Counted from the stretch's first letter, positions 8,745 to 19,395 are shown. The stretch: 64,000 nt of DNA from Dehalococcoidia bacterium (GCA_965261605.1 OZ253466.1:1440819-1504818), one strand, 5' to 3'. A program made the numbers and translations. Notes: generated from the sequence alone by a model not told the origin.

Positions 8745-9755
8745 TCAGAGCGCCGCCTCCTGGATTCCCATTTTCTCGCGGACCTCGCCAAGGGTCTCCC
8801 TGGCGATGGCCTGGGCGCGGCGCGCGCCCTCCCGGAGAACCTCGGCGACGTACTCCGGCTTGTCCGCCAGCTCCCGCCGGCGCTCTCTCAGTGGCGCCAG
8901 CGTCCTGTTGATGCCCTCTGCCAGAAGGCGTTTGTCCTCCACGCAGCCCATCTCGGCTGCGGTGCACTTCTGATAAACCTCTTCCAGCCTGTCGGGGTTG
9001 AAGAACTTGTGCAGGCTGTAGACGTTGCACACCCAGGGTCGTCCGGGGTCCGAAAGGCGATGGCGCTGTGGGTCGGTGAACGCCGTCGCAACCCTGGCGC
9101 CGGTTTCCTCCGGTGTGGACGCAAGCTCAATGTGGTTGTCCAGGCTCTTGCTCATCTTGTGATCGCCGTCCAGTCCAACGATCACCGGATATTCAGTGAG
9201 CCTGGCCTGGGGTTCCGGGAATGTTTGACCATAAAGGTGGTTGAAGCGACGGGCAATCTCGCGGGCAATCTCCAGGTGAGGCACCTGGTCCTCGCCCACG
9301 GGCACGGTGTCCGCCTTGTACAGTATGATGTCGGAGGTCATCAGCACGGGGTAGCCCACCAGACCGTAGCTCACCGACTCCTCCGTCTCCTGCATCTGCC
9401 GCACCTTGTCCTTGAAGGTGGGCACCCGCATGAGCCAACCGAGTGGAGTGACCATGCTCAGGAGGGTGTGAAGTATCATCACCTCCGGTACGTGGGACTG
9501 GACGAAGACGATGCTCTTCTCAGGATCGATGCCCGCGGCCAGCCAGTCGAGAATCATCTCATGGATGTTGGGCCGGATCTCCTTTGTGGACTCGCCCTGC
9601 ATGTCTGTGAGGGCGTGAATGTCCACGGCGGAGTAGATGCAGTCGTACTCCCCTTGTAGGGCGACCCAGTTCTGCAGGGCGCCTAGGTAGTTGCCTATGT
9701 GCAGCCGCCCGGATGGGCGCATACCTGAAAATACGCTTTTTCGAGTTGTTTCCAT
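8745..9755 (-). CDS. trpS: Tryptophan--tRNA ligase
   Basis: 336 aa. HIGH-type motif LHIGNYLG, the KMSKS motif present literally, and an overall class I TrpRS-like sequence. Confidence 0.95.
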   Translation of the reverse strand: METTRKSVFSGMRPSGRLHIGNYLGALQNWVALQGEYDCIYSAVDIHALTDMQGESTKEIRPNIHEMILDWLAAGIDPEKSIVFVQSHVPEVMILHTLLSMVTPLGWLMRVPTFKDKVRQMQETEESVSYGLVGYPVLMTSDIILYKADTVPVGEDQVPHLEIAREIARRFNHLYGQTFPEPQARLTEYPVIVGLDGDHKMSKSLDNHIELASTPEETGARVATAFTDPQRHRLSDPGRPWVCNVYSLHKFFNPDRLEEVYQKCTAAEMGCVEDKRLLAEGINRTLAPLRERRRELADKPEYVAEVLREGARRAQAIARETLGEVREKMGIQEAAL

Positions 9756-9870
9756 AGCTCTTCAGTCGTAAAGTCTACCACACAAGGCAGGCGTGGAAAA
9801 GGGAAGGGGCGGGCATCATGTTCATCCGACAGATTATGCCCAACTCGGTGGTCGATTCAATATGTAACCG

Positions 9871-10202
9871 TCAGGTTTGACAATCTGCTCTGGCAGCTGA
9901 CTGTTCCTTACGGCATTCTGGCCTATGTTGAAATATCCGTTTGCGGCGCTGCGTAGGGCGGGCCACATTCCGTTCTTTGGTATAGCAGAGCGACCAAATC
10001 TCATCGCACTGGACATAGCGGGAAGGTACATCGCGTACCAGTTCATCGTGCAGTCACAGGCTAGCCTCGCCAGCGTCAACGAGGAGTTTGGTCACGGTGT
10101 TGATGGAGACTCCGACAACACGGGATACAGCCCGCACATTGAGGAGCCCTCCACCAACATATTGAGAATTTGGATTCGCTTGGCCGTAGGTAGCTTGTTC
10201 AT
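9871..10202 (-). pseudogene. Degraded N-terminal fragment of an IS-type (IS1/IS1595-like) transposase
   Basis: From ATG 10202: MNKLPTAKRIQILNMLVEGSS. After a frame change: (V)RAVSRVVGVSINTVTKLLVDAGEA. After a stop and another frame change: LHDELVRDVPSRYVQCDEIWSLCYTKERNV... This is an HTH plus the start of a DDE region split over three frames. Confidence 0.6.
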
Positions 10203-10281
10203 GCCCTAAGTGTAGGGCGTAACAGGCTATTTGTTAAGCATTTTGTTCAGTTTCCTTGAGCAGATTCGACACTGGAGATAG

Positions 10282-10548
10282 CTATCGCTCTCGCAAGGCG
10301 GCAATGTGTATGCTTTCATCATCTTGCACTCTATAGGTCAAAATGAAACCGTGATTGGCATACACACAAGTACCTGGACGGTATGGGAATCCGTCCAGGC
10401 TTATCTTTGAGTGACCGTCTGGCAGTGGATCTGTCGCTAGCAGTTCTAGTGCCGCTGTAAAATCCATCTTGCGTTGATCAGTGAGGGTTGCCAGAAGGCG
10501 CTTAGTATGCTCCGACAGGTGAATGCGTTTAGAAGAGGGGCTTGCCAT
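10282..10548 (-). CDS. Type II toxin, RelE/ParE superfamily (putative)
   Basis: 88 aa. C-terminal pattern ...GFILTYRVQDDESIHIAALRER is typical of RelE/ParE. Overlaps the upstream small gene by 20 nt. Confidence 0.55.
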   Translation of the reverse strand: MASPSSKRIHLSEHTKRLLATLTDQRKMDFTAALELLATDPLPDGHSKISLDGFPYRPGTCVYANHGFILTYRVQDDESIHIAALRER

Positions 10549-10717
10549 TCTTTAGAGACTCCCGCAATTCCTCAAGCGTTACGACCGAATTCTTGCCTGC
10601 CTCGATTTGCTGGAATCCCTCAATGGACTCCTGGACAAACTGCTCATCAGCGAGAACAGCTTTCTCCAAGGCGTTGCCCTGTAGTTCCTTCTCTTTTGTC
10701 CGACCTGGGTTTACCAT
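10529..10717 (-). CDS. Putative antitoxin
   Basis: Start moved to ATG 10717 (MVNPGRTKEKELQGNALEKAVLADEQFVQESIEGFQQIEAGKNSVVTLEELRESLKNGKPLF). Small, acidic, and directly upstream of and overlapping the toxin. Confidence 0.5.
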   Translation of the reverse strand: MVNPGRTKEKELQGNALEKAVLADEQFVQESIEGFQQIEAGKNSVVTLEELRESLKNGKPLF

Positions 10718-10748
10718 GTTTCTCTCCTTTCCCGTTGGCGGGCTAGTC

Positions 10749-10970
10749 CTAAGACCACCGTGCCCTAGCTGCTTCCCTAGCGATGTTGGTGCGTTCCTCG
10801 GAACTAAGCGCATTCGACCTGCTCGCGCCACCCGACAAGCCCCCATTTCGCTTGCCGGTATCTGGCAACTCCTCTTCCATCTCACCAGTGGCGATCTTTG
10901 CTACCTTCACAGCCGCGCCGACCGAATCCCCTGGTCGTTTCTCGCCTTTTGGTCCTCTCGGCATTGTCAC
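10749..10970 (-). CDS. Hypothetical small basic protein
   Basis: 73 aa, KRPGDSVGAAVKVAKIATGE...SSEERTNIAREAARARWS. Co-oriented upstream of the TA pair. Confidence 0.4.
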   Translation of the reverse strand: MTMPRGPKGEKRPGDSVGAAVKVAKIATGEMEEELPDTGKRNGGLSGGASRSNALSSEERTNIAREAARARWS

Positions 10971-11433
10971 CCCCTATCGCTTATCTAGGGACATCTGAAT
11001 AATGTGGTAAATTTCACAATGTTATGCAGGCGTATAACGCCCTACCATTTCCCGCCAGCAATTGCAAGGGGAATCCTCCTATTTGCTAGTATAACAGAAT
11101 GCTATTCATACTTCATGTGTCGGCAATGCGACGAAAATAGCCATGTGCAGAGATATACAATACGCATTGGCTGTAAGCAATATGCCCGAACGGCCAACTG
11201 TCACCACAATGCCGACGATATTGCTAGAAAAACCCTTGACATCAACTTGTTACAATTGGACAGCCTTTCAAACCGTCATAGCACTCATCACCAGGACTGC
11301 TACTTGACTCTGTTCCGATCAGGACCGGCAAACTGAGACACTACCGGCGACCGTCTTCAATTGCGCGGGTAGGCGGAGACTGCTAGAATTCCCTTAAGCT
11401 TCCCCAATCTGTAATCACTTGCAGGAGGGTTAT

Positions 11434-12003
11434 ATGGTCCTAAGCGACCGCACCATCAAGGAGGAGCTGGCTAAGGGCAGGATTGTCATCGAACCACTGG
11501 ACCCTTCCGACATTCAACCCGCCAGCGTGGACCTGCACCTGGACCGCAAGCTGCTGGTGTTCCGCAACACGCGGCAGCCCTACATAGACGTGCGGAAGGA
11601 CTTGCCTGACCTTACGGAGATTGAGGAGATCCCCGATGACACGCCTTTCATCCTGCACCCGGGCGAGTTCGTACTGGCTAGCACGATGGAGTCCGTCACC
11701 CTGCCCGATGACGTGGTGGCCAGGCTGGAGGGGAAGAGCTCCCTGGGAAGAATTGGCCTGCTCATTCACTCCACCGCCGGCTATGTGGACCCCGGCTGGA
11801 GCGGTCACCTGACCCTGGAGTTGAGCAACGTGGCCAACCTGCCCGTCACCCTCTACTACAGGATGAAGATCGGTCAGATATCCTTCCTGAGGCTGACCAC
11901 ACCGGCTGACAACCTGTACGGCTCTCCGGTTCTGGGCAGCAAGTACCAGGGGCAGGTGGAGCCCACAGCCAGCCGCTTTTTCAAGGACTTTAGCAAGGAC
12001 TAG
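11434..12003 (+). CDS. dcd: dCTP deaminase
   Basis: [11 protein letters not shown]..., [10 protein letters not shown] and [15 protein letters not shown] 11434 is preceded by AGGAGGG. Confidence 0.9.
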   Translation: MVLSDRTIKEELAKGRIVIEPLDPSDIQPASVDLHLDRKLLVFRNTRQPYIDVRKDLPDLTEIEEIPDDTPFILHPGEFVLASTMESVTLPDDVVARLEGKSSLGRIGLLIHSTAGYVDPGWSGHLTLELSNVANLPVTLYYRMKIGQISFLRLTTPADNLYGSPVLGSKYQGQVEPTASRFFKDFSKD

Positions 12004-12011
12004 AAGCCTGT

Positions 12012-13094
12012 ATGGACTATATGAAAAGGGCCATAGAGCTGGCCCGAGAGGCCTTGGGTCGTTCCAGCCCCAACCCTCCTGTGGGCGCTGTGATAGTGAA
12101 GGACGGCCGGATAGTAGGGGAGGGCAGTACGATGCCCCGCGGCCAAGCCCATGCCGAGGTCATAGCTCTGAGGCAGGCGGGGCAGCAGGCCAAGGGCGCC
12201 GTCTTGTATACCACCCTGGAGCCGTGCTGCCACTTCGGTAGGACGCCTCCGTGCACAAGGGACATCATACAGGCGGGCATTGTCGAGGTGCACACAGCCC
12301 TCGTAGACCCCAACCCTCTGGTTAACGGCATGGGCCTGGCCGAGCTCAGAGAGGCCGGAGTCGAGACCCGCCTGGAGGAGGAGTGGGAAGAGGCCGTGGA
12401 AGTGGCGGAGGCCTACGTCAGGTTTGTTACTACAGGCCTGCCCTTTGTGATAGCCAAGTTCGCCATGAGCATCGACGGCAAGATAGCCTCCGCGTCGGGC
12501 GATTCCAAGTGGATCACGTCCGAGGAGGCCCGCTGTGACGCCAGGGTCCTGCGGGGGCAGGTCGACGCCGTAGCCGTCGGCATCGAGACTGCTCTGAGCG
12601 ACGATCCCAGACTGACCGCGCGTGACATGGACGGCAACACCGTCGAGAGACAGCCCCTGCGCATAGTGATCGACAGCTCCGCTCGCACCCCGCCGACTTC
12701 CCAGCTGTTTCGGGAGCCCGGCTCGGTGATGGTGGCCGTCGCCAATGCCACCGAGGAAAGCAAGGCTGGCCTGTGCGCCGCGGGCGCGCAGGTCGTTCCC
12801 GTACCCGCCGCCGATGGCTCCGTCGACCTCCAGTCCCTTCTGAAAGTCCTGGGGGAGCAGGAGATAACCAGCCTGATGGTGGAGGGCGGGGGTAGGCTGG
12901 TGGGGTCTCTGTTCGACCTGGGCCTGGTGGACAAGGTCATCGCATACATAGCCCCTGTGGTTCTTGGAGGGCGAGAGTCGCCGACGCCGGTGGCGGGCTT
13001 GGGAGCGGCCACTATGGAGGAGGCGCTGCGCCTCAAACGCACCAGGGTGGACGTAATCGGACAGGACGTCGTAATGACGGGATATGTGAGGTAA
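12012..13094 (+). CDS. ribD: Bifunctional riboflavin biosynthesis deaminase/reductase
   Basis: Zinc deaminase motifs HAEVIAL and EPCCHFGRTPPC, plus a C-terminal reductase domain. Starts 8 nt after the dcd stop. Confidence 0.9.
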   Translation: MDYMKRAIELAREALGRSSPNPPVGAVIVKDGRIVGEGSTMPRGQAHAEVIALRQAGQQAKGAVLYTTLEPCCHFGRTPPCTRDIIQAGIVEVHTALVDPNPLVNGMGLAELREAGVETRLEEEWEEAVEVAEAYVRFVTTGLPFVIAKFAMSIDGKIASASGDSKWITSEEARCDARVLRGQVDAVAVGIETALSDDPRLTARDMDGNTVERQPLRIVIDSSARTPPTSQLFREPGSVMVAVANATEESKAGLCAAGAQVVPVPAADGSVDLQSLLKVLGEQEITSLMVEGGGRLVGSLFDLGLVDKVIAYIAPVVLGGRESPTPVAGLGAATMEEALRLKRTRVDVIGQDVVMTGYVR

Positions 13095-13100
13095 GGTCGG

Positions 13101-13682
13101 ATGTTTACCGGTATCGTGCAGGAAGTCGGCAGAGCGAAGGAGAACGGCGGCTCCTCCCTCACCATTGAAGCCGCGGCATCGCTGGACGGCCTGAAGTTGG
13201 GAGACAGCATAGCCGTCAACGGGACGTGTCTCACGGTGACATCCCTGGACGAAGGGAGCTTCTCGGTGGACACCATGCCCGAGACCCTGAGACGCACCAA
13301 TCTGGGGCTTCTGACACCCGGCGCGCCGGTGAATCTTGAGCAGGCCCTTACCCTTAGTACGCCATTGGGAGGTCACATAACCCAGGGGCATGTGGACGCT
13401 ACGGGATCCCTGGTCTCCACCGACCCTGAGGGCGATGCCCTGATGATGCGGTTTGAAGCTCCGCCGCAGGTGATGAAGTACGTTGTGGAGAAGGGCTTTA
13501 TAGCCGTGGACGGCATAAGCCTCACTGTGGTGGAGTGGGACGAATCGTCCTTTACCGTATCTGTGGTAAGATATACACAGGACAATACCAATCTGGGCGT
13601 GCGTAAGCCTGGGGACGTGGTCAACCTGGAGGTGGACATCCTGGCCAAGTACGCGGAGAAGCTGCTGGCGGCTCGTCAATGA
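13101..13682 (+). CDS. ribE: Riboflavin synthase
   Basis: MFTGIV...[13 protein letters not shown] and the internal repeat [12 protein letters not shown]. Confidence 0.9.
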   Translation: MFTGIVQEVGRAKENGGSSLTIEAAASLDGLKLGDSIAVNGTCLTVTSLDEGSFSVDTMPETLRRTNLGLLTPGAPVNLEQALTLSTPLGGHITQGHVDATGSLVSTDPEGDALMMRFEAPPQVMKYVVEKGFIAVDGISLTVVEWDESSFTVSVVRYTQDNTNLGVRKPGDVVNLEVDILAKYAEKLLAARQ

Positions 13683-13742
13683 CTTGGCGGGCATGGGCCG
13701 GGTTGTCTGTAGATCAACCATCTTCTATAGGGAGGGGCGAAT

Positions 13743-14957
13743 ATGGCTCTGGCTAGCGTTGAAGAGGGAATAAAAGACTTCCAGGACGGGAAGATGGTCA
13801 TCATTGTTGATGACGAGGACAGGGAGAACGAGGGCGACCTTGCCGTAGCCGCGGAGAAGGTCACGCCTGAGATTATCAACTTCATGGCAACTCACGGTCG
13901 CGGCCTTATCTGCGCCCCCATTATCGGCCAGCGCCTGGAGCAGCTCAAGCTGCCTATAATGGTGGACGACAACACCTCCCGCAACACCACCGCCTTCACG
14001 GTGTCAATCGACGTGAGGAAAGGCGCCACAACCGGCATCTCGGCCTTCGACCGCTCCGCTACAATCCAGGCCATGATAGACCCCATGACCGAGCCGGAGG
14101 ACCTGGCGAGGCCGGGCCACATCTTCCCTCTGCGCTACCAGGAGGGGGGAGTCCTGGTGCGAGCAGGCCAGACGGAGGGGTCGGTGGACCTGTCCAAGCT
14201 GGCGGGTCTGTACCCTGCCGCCGTTATCTGTGAGGTCATGGCGGACGATGGCACTATGGCGCGGATGCCCCAGTTGGAGACGTTCACCGAGCGCTTTGGC
14301 ATAAGGATAGTCAGCGTTGCCCAGATAATCGCCTACAGGCGTCTCCACGAGACGATGATTGAGAAGGTGGCGGAGGCGAGGCTGCCCACCAGGTTCGGCG
14401 ATTTCACCGCCGTCGCATACAAGAGCACTGTCGACGCTGCGGAGCACCTGGCCCTGGTTATGGGCGATGTCGCCAGCGAGGAGCCGCACCTGGTCAGGGT
14501 GCACAGCGAGTGCCTCACCGGGGACGTCTTTGGCAGCCAGCGGTGCGACTGCGGCGCTCAAATAGACCTGGCTCTTCAACGCATTGCGGAAGAGGGCCGA
14601 GGGGTCTTCCTCTACATGCGCCAGGAGGGCAGGGGCATTGGCCTGCACAACAAGATAAAGGCATATGCCCTCCAAGACAGCGGTCTGGATACGGTGGAGG
14701 CCAACGTCCAGCTTGGCTTCAGTCCTGACCTGCGCCACTACGGCATCGGCGCTCAGATCCTTTCGGACCTTGGGATACGGAATATGCGATTGCTCACCAA
14801 CAACCCCAAGAAGGTGATTGGCCTGGAGTCCTACGGCATCAAGCTGGTGGAGCGTGTGCCAATCATCGTGCCCCCGAACGCCGAGAACGAGCAGTATATG
14901 CAGACCAAGCACGACAAGCTGGGCCATCTGCTGGGGTTGGAAGAGAGTAAGGGTTGA
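13743..14957 (+). CDS. ribBA: Bifunctional 3,4-dihydroxy-2-butanone-4-phosphate synthase / GTP cyclohydrolase II
   Basis: DHBPS motifs [10 protein letters not shown] and [13 protein letters not shown] zinc motif [18 protein letters not shown]. Confidence 0.9.
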   Translation: MALASVEEGIKDFQDGKMVIIVDDEDRENEGDLAVAAEKVTPEIINFMATHGRGLICAPIIGQRLEQLKLPIMVDDNTSRNTTAFTVSIDVRKGATTGISAFDRSATIQAMIDPMTEPEDLARPGHIFPLRYQEGGVLVRAGQTEGSVDLSKLAGLYPAAVICEVMADDGTMARMPQLETFTERFGIRIVSVAQIIAYRRLHETMIEKVAEARLPTRFGDFTAVAYKSTVDAAEHLALVMGDVASEEPHLVRVHSECLTGDVFGSQRCDCGAQIDLALQRIAEEGRGVFLYMRQEGRGIGLHNKIKAYALQDSGLDTVEANVQLGFSPDLRHYGIGAQILSDLGIRNMRLLTNNPKKVIGLESYGIKLVERVPIIVPPNAENEQYMQTKHDKLGHLLGLEESKG

Positions 14958-15469
14958 AAGGGCCTTCCTTCGAGGATGCGCCACAGGGCCCGGGTCTCCA
15001 CACCAGAGGCAGCCTGGACGGTCTGGGGCTGAGGATAGGCGTAGTAGCCTCAAGCTTCAACCTTTTTGTGACATCCAGGCTGGTCGAGGGGGCCTGCGAG
15101 GGCCTGATGGCCCACGGGTTCGAGGAGACCGACCTTCACGTCTCATGGGTCCCGGGCGCTTTCGAGCTGCCCCTGGCGGCTGTGGAGATGGCCAGGAGCG
15201 GGAGATGGGACGCCCTGGTGTGCGTGGGTGCAGTCATTCGGGGCGAGACCTCCCACTTCGACTTTGTGGCCGGAGAAGCGGCCCGGGGCATTGCCGCCGC
15301 CTCTCGCGAGACGGGCGTGCCAATAGCCTTTGGCGTTCTCACCACGGACACGGAGGAGCAGGCGCTGGAGAGGGCCGGAGGCAAAGCGGGCAACAAGGGC
15401 TACGAGGCGGCTCTTACGGCGATTGAGATGGCAAACCTGCTGCGCAAACTGAGGGAAGCGAAGGGCTAG
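14954..15469 (+). CDS. ribH: 6,7-dimethyl-8-ribityllumazine synthase
   Basis: [11 protein letters not shown]...VPGAFELP...[17 protein letters not shown] start overlaps the ribBA stop (TTGA). Confidence 0.9.
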   Translation: MKGPSFEDAPQGPGLHTRGSLDGLGLRIGVVASSFNLFVTSRLVEGACEGLMAHGFEETDLHVSWVPGAFELPLAAVEMARSGRWDALVCVGAVIRGETSHFDFVAGEAARGIAAASRETGVPIAFGVLTTDTEEQALERAGGKAGNKGYEAALTAIEMANLLRKLREAKG

Positions 15470-15522
15470 AGGCCGGTTTCCTAGTCGGTTTCCTCAAAAC
15501 CTTGTTGCCGCGCCGGACAGTC

Positions 15523-16380
15523 TCAGGCGCTGTCCAGGTCCTCGAAGAGGTCCGTGTACCTGACGCCCGCATCCAGGGGAGGCAGTACCTGGGAGAAGTG
15601 CTCCTTGGAGAAGAACTCTCGCCTGACCTCCTCTGGCAGTCGGTTGAAGAAGTCCGTGGGCTTGTGTTGGGTGCGGTGACAGGCAACCACCTCCATCTTG
15701 GTCTCGTACATGTGCCCCACGTCCATTACCACAGTTACAGCTTCGTCCGGCGTCCCGATCTCGTCGGGGTCGAGTGGCTCGTCTTCCGGCTGGTCCTCCT
15801 CAGGGATGGTCTTGGCCAGGGCCTCTATCCTGCTGTATGGAATGGCAACGTAGAACAGCCTCTGTGGTGAGTGAGGCTCTACCCCCCGACTTATCTGGTC
15901 AGGGTACATGTCCGGGTCGCCCGCCGCAAGGAAGGCCGCTTCCGCGTACCTGCTCATGGCCACGTGGTCCGGGTGACCGTAGATGTCCTCCTGGTCGTAG
16001 GTAACTATAACATCCGGGCGAAGCTGCCGTATCAGGTGCACCACCCTTCCTATCACGTCCTCCGAGCGCGCCATGTTGAGGGACTGGGGGTCTCGATTGT
16101 CCCTGGTGCCCGCCATGCCTGAGTCCCTGTACCCCAGGATGTGCGGCTGGTGAATTCCCATTGCGCGGCAGGCTTCCCTGAGCTCCTCCTCTCGCACCGC
16201 TCCCAACACGTCCCTGTAGGCCAGCTTCGGGTCGCTGATGGTGCCGGCCTCACCCTTGGTGGCGCAAATCAGGTGCACGTCCACGCCCTGAGCGGCGTAG
16301 CTTGCAAGGCTCCCGGCGGCGGCATAGGACTCGTCGTCCGGGTGGGCGAATATCGCCAGAAGAGATCTCTGTTGCGTCAT
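15523..16380 (-). CDS. PIG-L/LmbE family deacetylase
   Basis: LLAIFAHPDDESYAAAG motif (AHPDDE) and downstream HPDH. Confidence 0.8.
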   Translation of the reverse strand: MTQQRSLLAIFAHPDDESYAAAGSLASYAAQGVDVHLICATKGEAGTISDPKLAYRDVLGAVREEELREACRAMGIHQPHILGYRDSGMAGTRDNRDPQSLNMARSEDVIGRVVHLIRQLRPDVIVTYDQEDIYGHPDHVAMSRYAEAAFLAAGDPDMYPDQISRGVEPHSPQRLFYVAIPYSRIEALAKTIPEEDQPEDEPLDPDEIGTPDEAVTVVMDVGHMYETKMEVVACHRTQHKPTDFFNRLPEEVRREFFSKEHFSQVLPPLDAGVRYTDLFEDLDSA

Positions 16381-16458
16381 TGCTCGACACCTCTTTAGCT
16401 AGCTTGCGATTGTTTGTGACCGGAGCCTATAATGGGCGGCAGGAGGTAACCGAAAAAC

Positions 16459-17667
16459 ATGCGGATTATACTATACACCGGCAAGGGTGGCGTAGGAAAG
16501 ACCAGCATAGCCGCCGCTACTGCCCTCAGAGCCGCCGATATGGGGCACAGTACCCTGGTGATGAGCACCGACGTTGCCCATAGCCTGGCGGACTCCTTTG
16601 ACATGGAGCTTGAAGCCGAGCCAACCCCGATAACCGAAAACCTTTGGGGGCAGGAGATCGACGTCCTGAAGGAGATGCAGACCCACTGGAGCATTGTGCA
16701 GGACTGGCTTGCCGCCCTCATGCAGTGGCAGGGTATGGACGAAGTGGTGGCGGAGGAGGTGGCGGTGCTGCCGGGTATGGAGGAGATGGTGGGCCTGCTA
16801 AATATCACCCATCACTACGATAGCGGGCAGTTCGACACCATTATAGTCGACTGCGCCCCCACCGGAGAGACCCTGAGACTCCTGAGCTTCCCAGAGATGG
16901 CCCGCTGGTACATGCGCAAGCTCTTTCCCATCGAGCGGAGGGTAGCCACCGCTCTGGGCCCTATGGCCCGCGGCCTGTTCAACCTCCCGGTGCCGGACCC
17001 TAAGGTGTTCGATTCAATTCAGGACCTGTTTCAGCGGCTGGAGAGGATGAGGAGCATCCTGGGCGACCCGGAGCAATCCTCCGTAAGGCTGGTTATGAAC
17101 CCGGAGAAGATGGTGATTCGGGAGACCCAGCGCACCTTTACGTATCTGAACCTGTACGGCTACTACACGGACCTCATAGTGTGCAACCGCCTGTTGCCGG
17201 ACTCCGTAGAGGACGGTTTCTTCAAGATGTGGAAGGACTCTCAGTCCAAATACTTCCACCTCATCGAAGAGGGCTTTGCACCAGTGCCAATCCGCGTATC
17301 GTATCTCCTGGATCGGGAGGTGGTTGGCCTGGAACCCTTAAGGGAGATGGGTCTGTCCCTGTTTGAAGAAGACGACCCCACTGCCATTTTCTACGAAGGC
17401 TCCACCCAGACCGTGACCCGGGAGGATGACGGGCACGTGATGACCGTCAATCTGCCCTTCATGGGCAGGGATGACATCAACTTGATACAGCATGGGGACG
17501 AGCTGGTGATCCAGGCCGGGCAGCATCGCCGCAACATAGTCCTGCCGCGGATACTGGTGGACCTCCCCGTAAAGGTAGCCCGGATGGAGGGCTCGACACT
17601 GAAGCTGAAGTTTGAGGACAAGTCTCCGCGACCCCGAAAAAGGAATTCGAAAACGAAGAGCAGCTAG
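16459..17667 (+). CDS. ArsA/GET3-family ATPase
   Basis: P-loop GKGGVGKTS and switch region DCAPTGETLRLL. Confidence 0.8.
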   Translation: MRIILYTGKGGVGKTSIAAATALRAADMGHSTLVMSTDVAHSLADSFDMELEAEPTPITENLWGQEIDVLKEMQTHWSIVQDWLAALMQWQGMDEVVAEEVAVLPGMEEMVGLLNITHHYDSGQFDTIIVDCAPTGETLRLLSFPEMARWYMRKLFPIERRVATALGPMARGLFNLPVPDPKVFDSIQDLFQRLERMRSILGDPEQSSVRLVMNPEKMVIRETQRTFTYLNLYGYYTDLIVCNRLLPDSVEDGFFKMWKDSQSKYFHLIEEGFAPVPIRVSYLLDREVVGLEPLREMGLSLFEEDDPTAIFYEGSTQTVTREDDGHVMTVNLPFMGRDDINLIQHGDELVIQAGQHRRNIVLPRILVDLPVKVARMEGSTLKLKFEDKSPRPRKRNSKTKSS

Positions 17668-17676
17668 GAGTGAGAG

Positions 17677-17928
17677 ATGGCAAAGATACTTCAGGTGGAT
17701 TACGAGTCCGGTGATTTCGTGGTGCGTGTCAGCCCCAAGAATATAAAGCTCCTTCCACAGGAAACCCAGGAGCACCTGAAGACGGCCAACAAGGAGATGC
17801 TTATGGCCTTCAAGAGCTGTCTGGACTCAGCCCTGAGCCTTCTGGATCGCCCGAGGAAGTCCAATACCCCAACCAGGCGGACATATATCCGTCTGGAGGA
17901 GACCGAAGAGGAGGAAGCAAAGGCCTGA
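17677..17928 (+). CDS. Hypothetical small protein
   Basis: 83 aa, 9 nt downstream of the ArsA-like gene. No recognisable motif. Confidence 0.45.
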   Translation: MAKILQVDYESGDFVVRVSPKNIKLLPQETQEHLKTANKEMLMAFKSCLDSALSLLDRPRKSNTPTRRTYIRLEETEEEEAKA

Positions 17929-17938
17929 GACCTGTGTC

Positions 17939-19204
17939 TCACCCGTCGGCTTTCTCTCCTCCCACCTTCGTCTCGTAAAGCTCCAGGAACTCCTCTTGGG
18001 ACGAGACGGAGGCCACATCTCGGATGAAGTGGCCCAGGGTTGGGCTGGATGCCCGCAGCCGGCTCAGCTGCTCGAACAGGGGGCTGACGGAAGCCGGACT
18101 ATCGGCGTAGTTGCCGTGAAATGCGAAATAGGCCTGGTTGATCTTGCGGAGATAGTGGCCGTTCTCCCCAAAGAACAGCCTCCGCTCCTCCATATACGCC
18201 TCGGCCTCCTCAATCCTGCCCTCTGACAAAAGCTCCTCCGTAGTCAGGCGCGTCTCGCGCATCTCCCGGCGGAAGTCGAAGGGATCCTGCTGCGCCTGTG
18301 GCAAAATGCGCGGATTGAACGATACAGGCATTCTGGCCGCCGTTTCGTACTGCCGGTAAACCAAGTCTCCTATCTCGTTTCCGAAGATGTTGGCCACGGT
18401 CTCGTTGATGGCGGTCATGTCCGAGTTGCTTCCGTAGGTCTGGCCCAGCGGACGGAAGAACAGGTAATGGTGCAGCCATTCGTGGGCTGCTATTCTCAGG
18501 GTTGTCTGAAGGGAGTACCTGGCGTTTATGACAGCGGGGAACGTCGCCACGCCCCCGGTGCCTGCCACAAGAGCCGACACGTCCTCCTCCGTCAGGAGCT
18601 GCCTCTCCAGGGCATCCATCTCCTCCACCGTGATGTCGGGATCAAGCAGGGTTGCTGAGATGATCTCGATGCGGTCGCGTCGCGATATGATGAGCGCCTT
18701 GGGTGAGGGGGCCAGCCGAAAGTCCACGGGGGGAAGGTGAAGACCGAAAGCCCCAATTAGCCCTCCCGGAAACAGCCCTTCTTCGTCGATGGCTGCGTCG
18801 ACTGCCGCCTCCATAGCCTCCTCAACCTCGTTCCTGATCTCCGCCCGGGTCTCCTTTACGAGCATCAGCTCCTCTAAATAATCCTCCAGAGCCGTAGGAG
18901 ATTCTCTGTGGATCGGCAGGAGGAGTTCTCTGCTTCTCCTCTCCAGCCTCTCCTCCTCCTCTCCCAAGCGGAAGTACTCCAGGACCATGCCTATCTTCTC
19001 CTGCTCATCCAGGGAGTTGCCGGGAAGGAGAGACCCCAGTCCGTGCAGCCACTTGGCAAGGAAGTTCTCCGCTTCCCACTGCACCAGCGAATACTTGTAC
19101 GGCACGGCGTGACTCAGCTGCAGCGTGTCTCTCATCATCAGGAGCGCCAAGGAGATGAAGACGACAAGACCCACGCGGAGAGCGTCCTTAATGAGAGTCC
19201 TCAC
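17939..19204 (-). CDS. Hypothetical membrane-anchored protein with HExxH motif (possible zinc peptidase)
   Basis: N-terminal TM helix; AAHEWLHHYLF contains HExxH. Confidence 0.5.
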   Translation of the reverse strand: MRTLIKDALRVGLVVFISLALLMMRDTLQLSHAVPYKYSLVQWEAENFLAKWLHGLGSLLPGNSLDEQEKIGMVLEYFRLGEEEERLERRSRELLLPIHRESPTALEDYLEELMLVKETRAEIRNEVEEAMEAAVDAAIDEEGLFPGGLIGAFGLHLPPVDFRLAPSPKALIISRRDRIEIISATLLDPDITVEEMDALERQLLTEEDVSALVAGTGGVATFPAVINARYSLQTTLRIAAHEWLHHYLFFRPLGQTYGSNSDMTAINETVANIFGNEIGDLVYRQYETAARMPVSFNPRILPQAQQDPFDFRREMRETRLTTEELLSEGRIEEAEAYMEERRLFFGENGHYLRKINQAYFAFHGNYADSPASVSPLFEQLSRLRASSPTLGHFIRDVASVSSQEEFLELYETKVGGEKADG

Positions 19205-19246
19205 ACCACCTCCTTCGTCTAATCATAGCGTCCAGAGTGCATCGCG

Positions 19247-19278
19247 CTCAACTGCGCCAGGGGTTTGGCGCAGTTGAG
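19247..19278. repeat. Perfect 12-bp-stem hairpin in a divergent intergenic region
   Basis: ctcaactgcgcc aggggttt ggcgcagttgag. Confidence 0.7.
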
Positions 19279-19395
19279 CAGCCTTTGAATAGCATTGGTT
19301 CTGATGTTCCCCCTCTCTAACTCTCCCTGAAGGGGGCGAGAAGACACTGACTCGGCGCACACGGCCCCTTCCCCCGCTTGTGGGGGAAGGCTGGA

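Noticed and set aside
7924-9030. 368-aa version of the inositol monophosphatase ORF overlapping trpS by ~285 nt
   Set aside because: The extra N-terminal ~100 aa are Arg/Gly/Pro-rich and lie inside the trpS coding region. A GTG at 8718 gives a normal-length protein without overlap.
12000-13721. 573-aa ORF on the minus strand spanning ribD and ribE
   Set aside because: It is antisense to two genes with unmistakable riboflavin-pathway motifs. Its Arg/Gly/His-rich composition is typical of shadow ORFs in high-GC DNA.
17926-17941. 16-nt palindrome TGAGACCTGTGTCTCA formed by the two convergent stop codons, as a bidirectional terminator
   Set aside because: The stem is only 6 bp and has no flanking T/A tracts, too weak to call.
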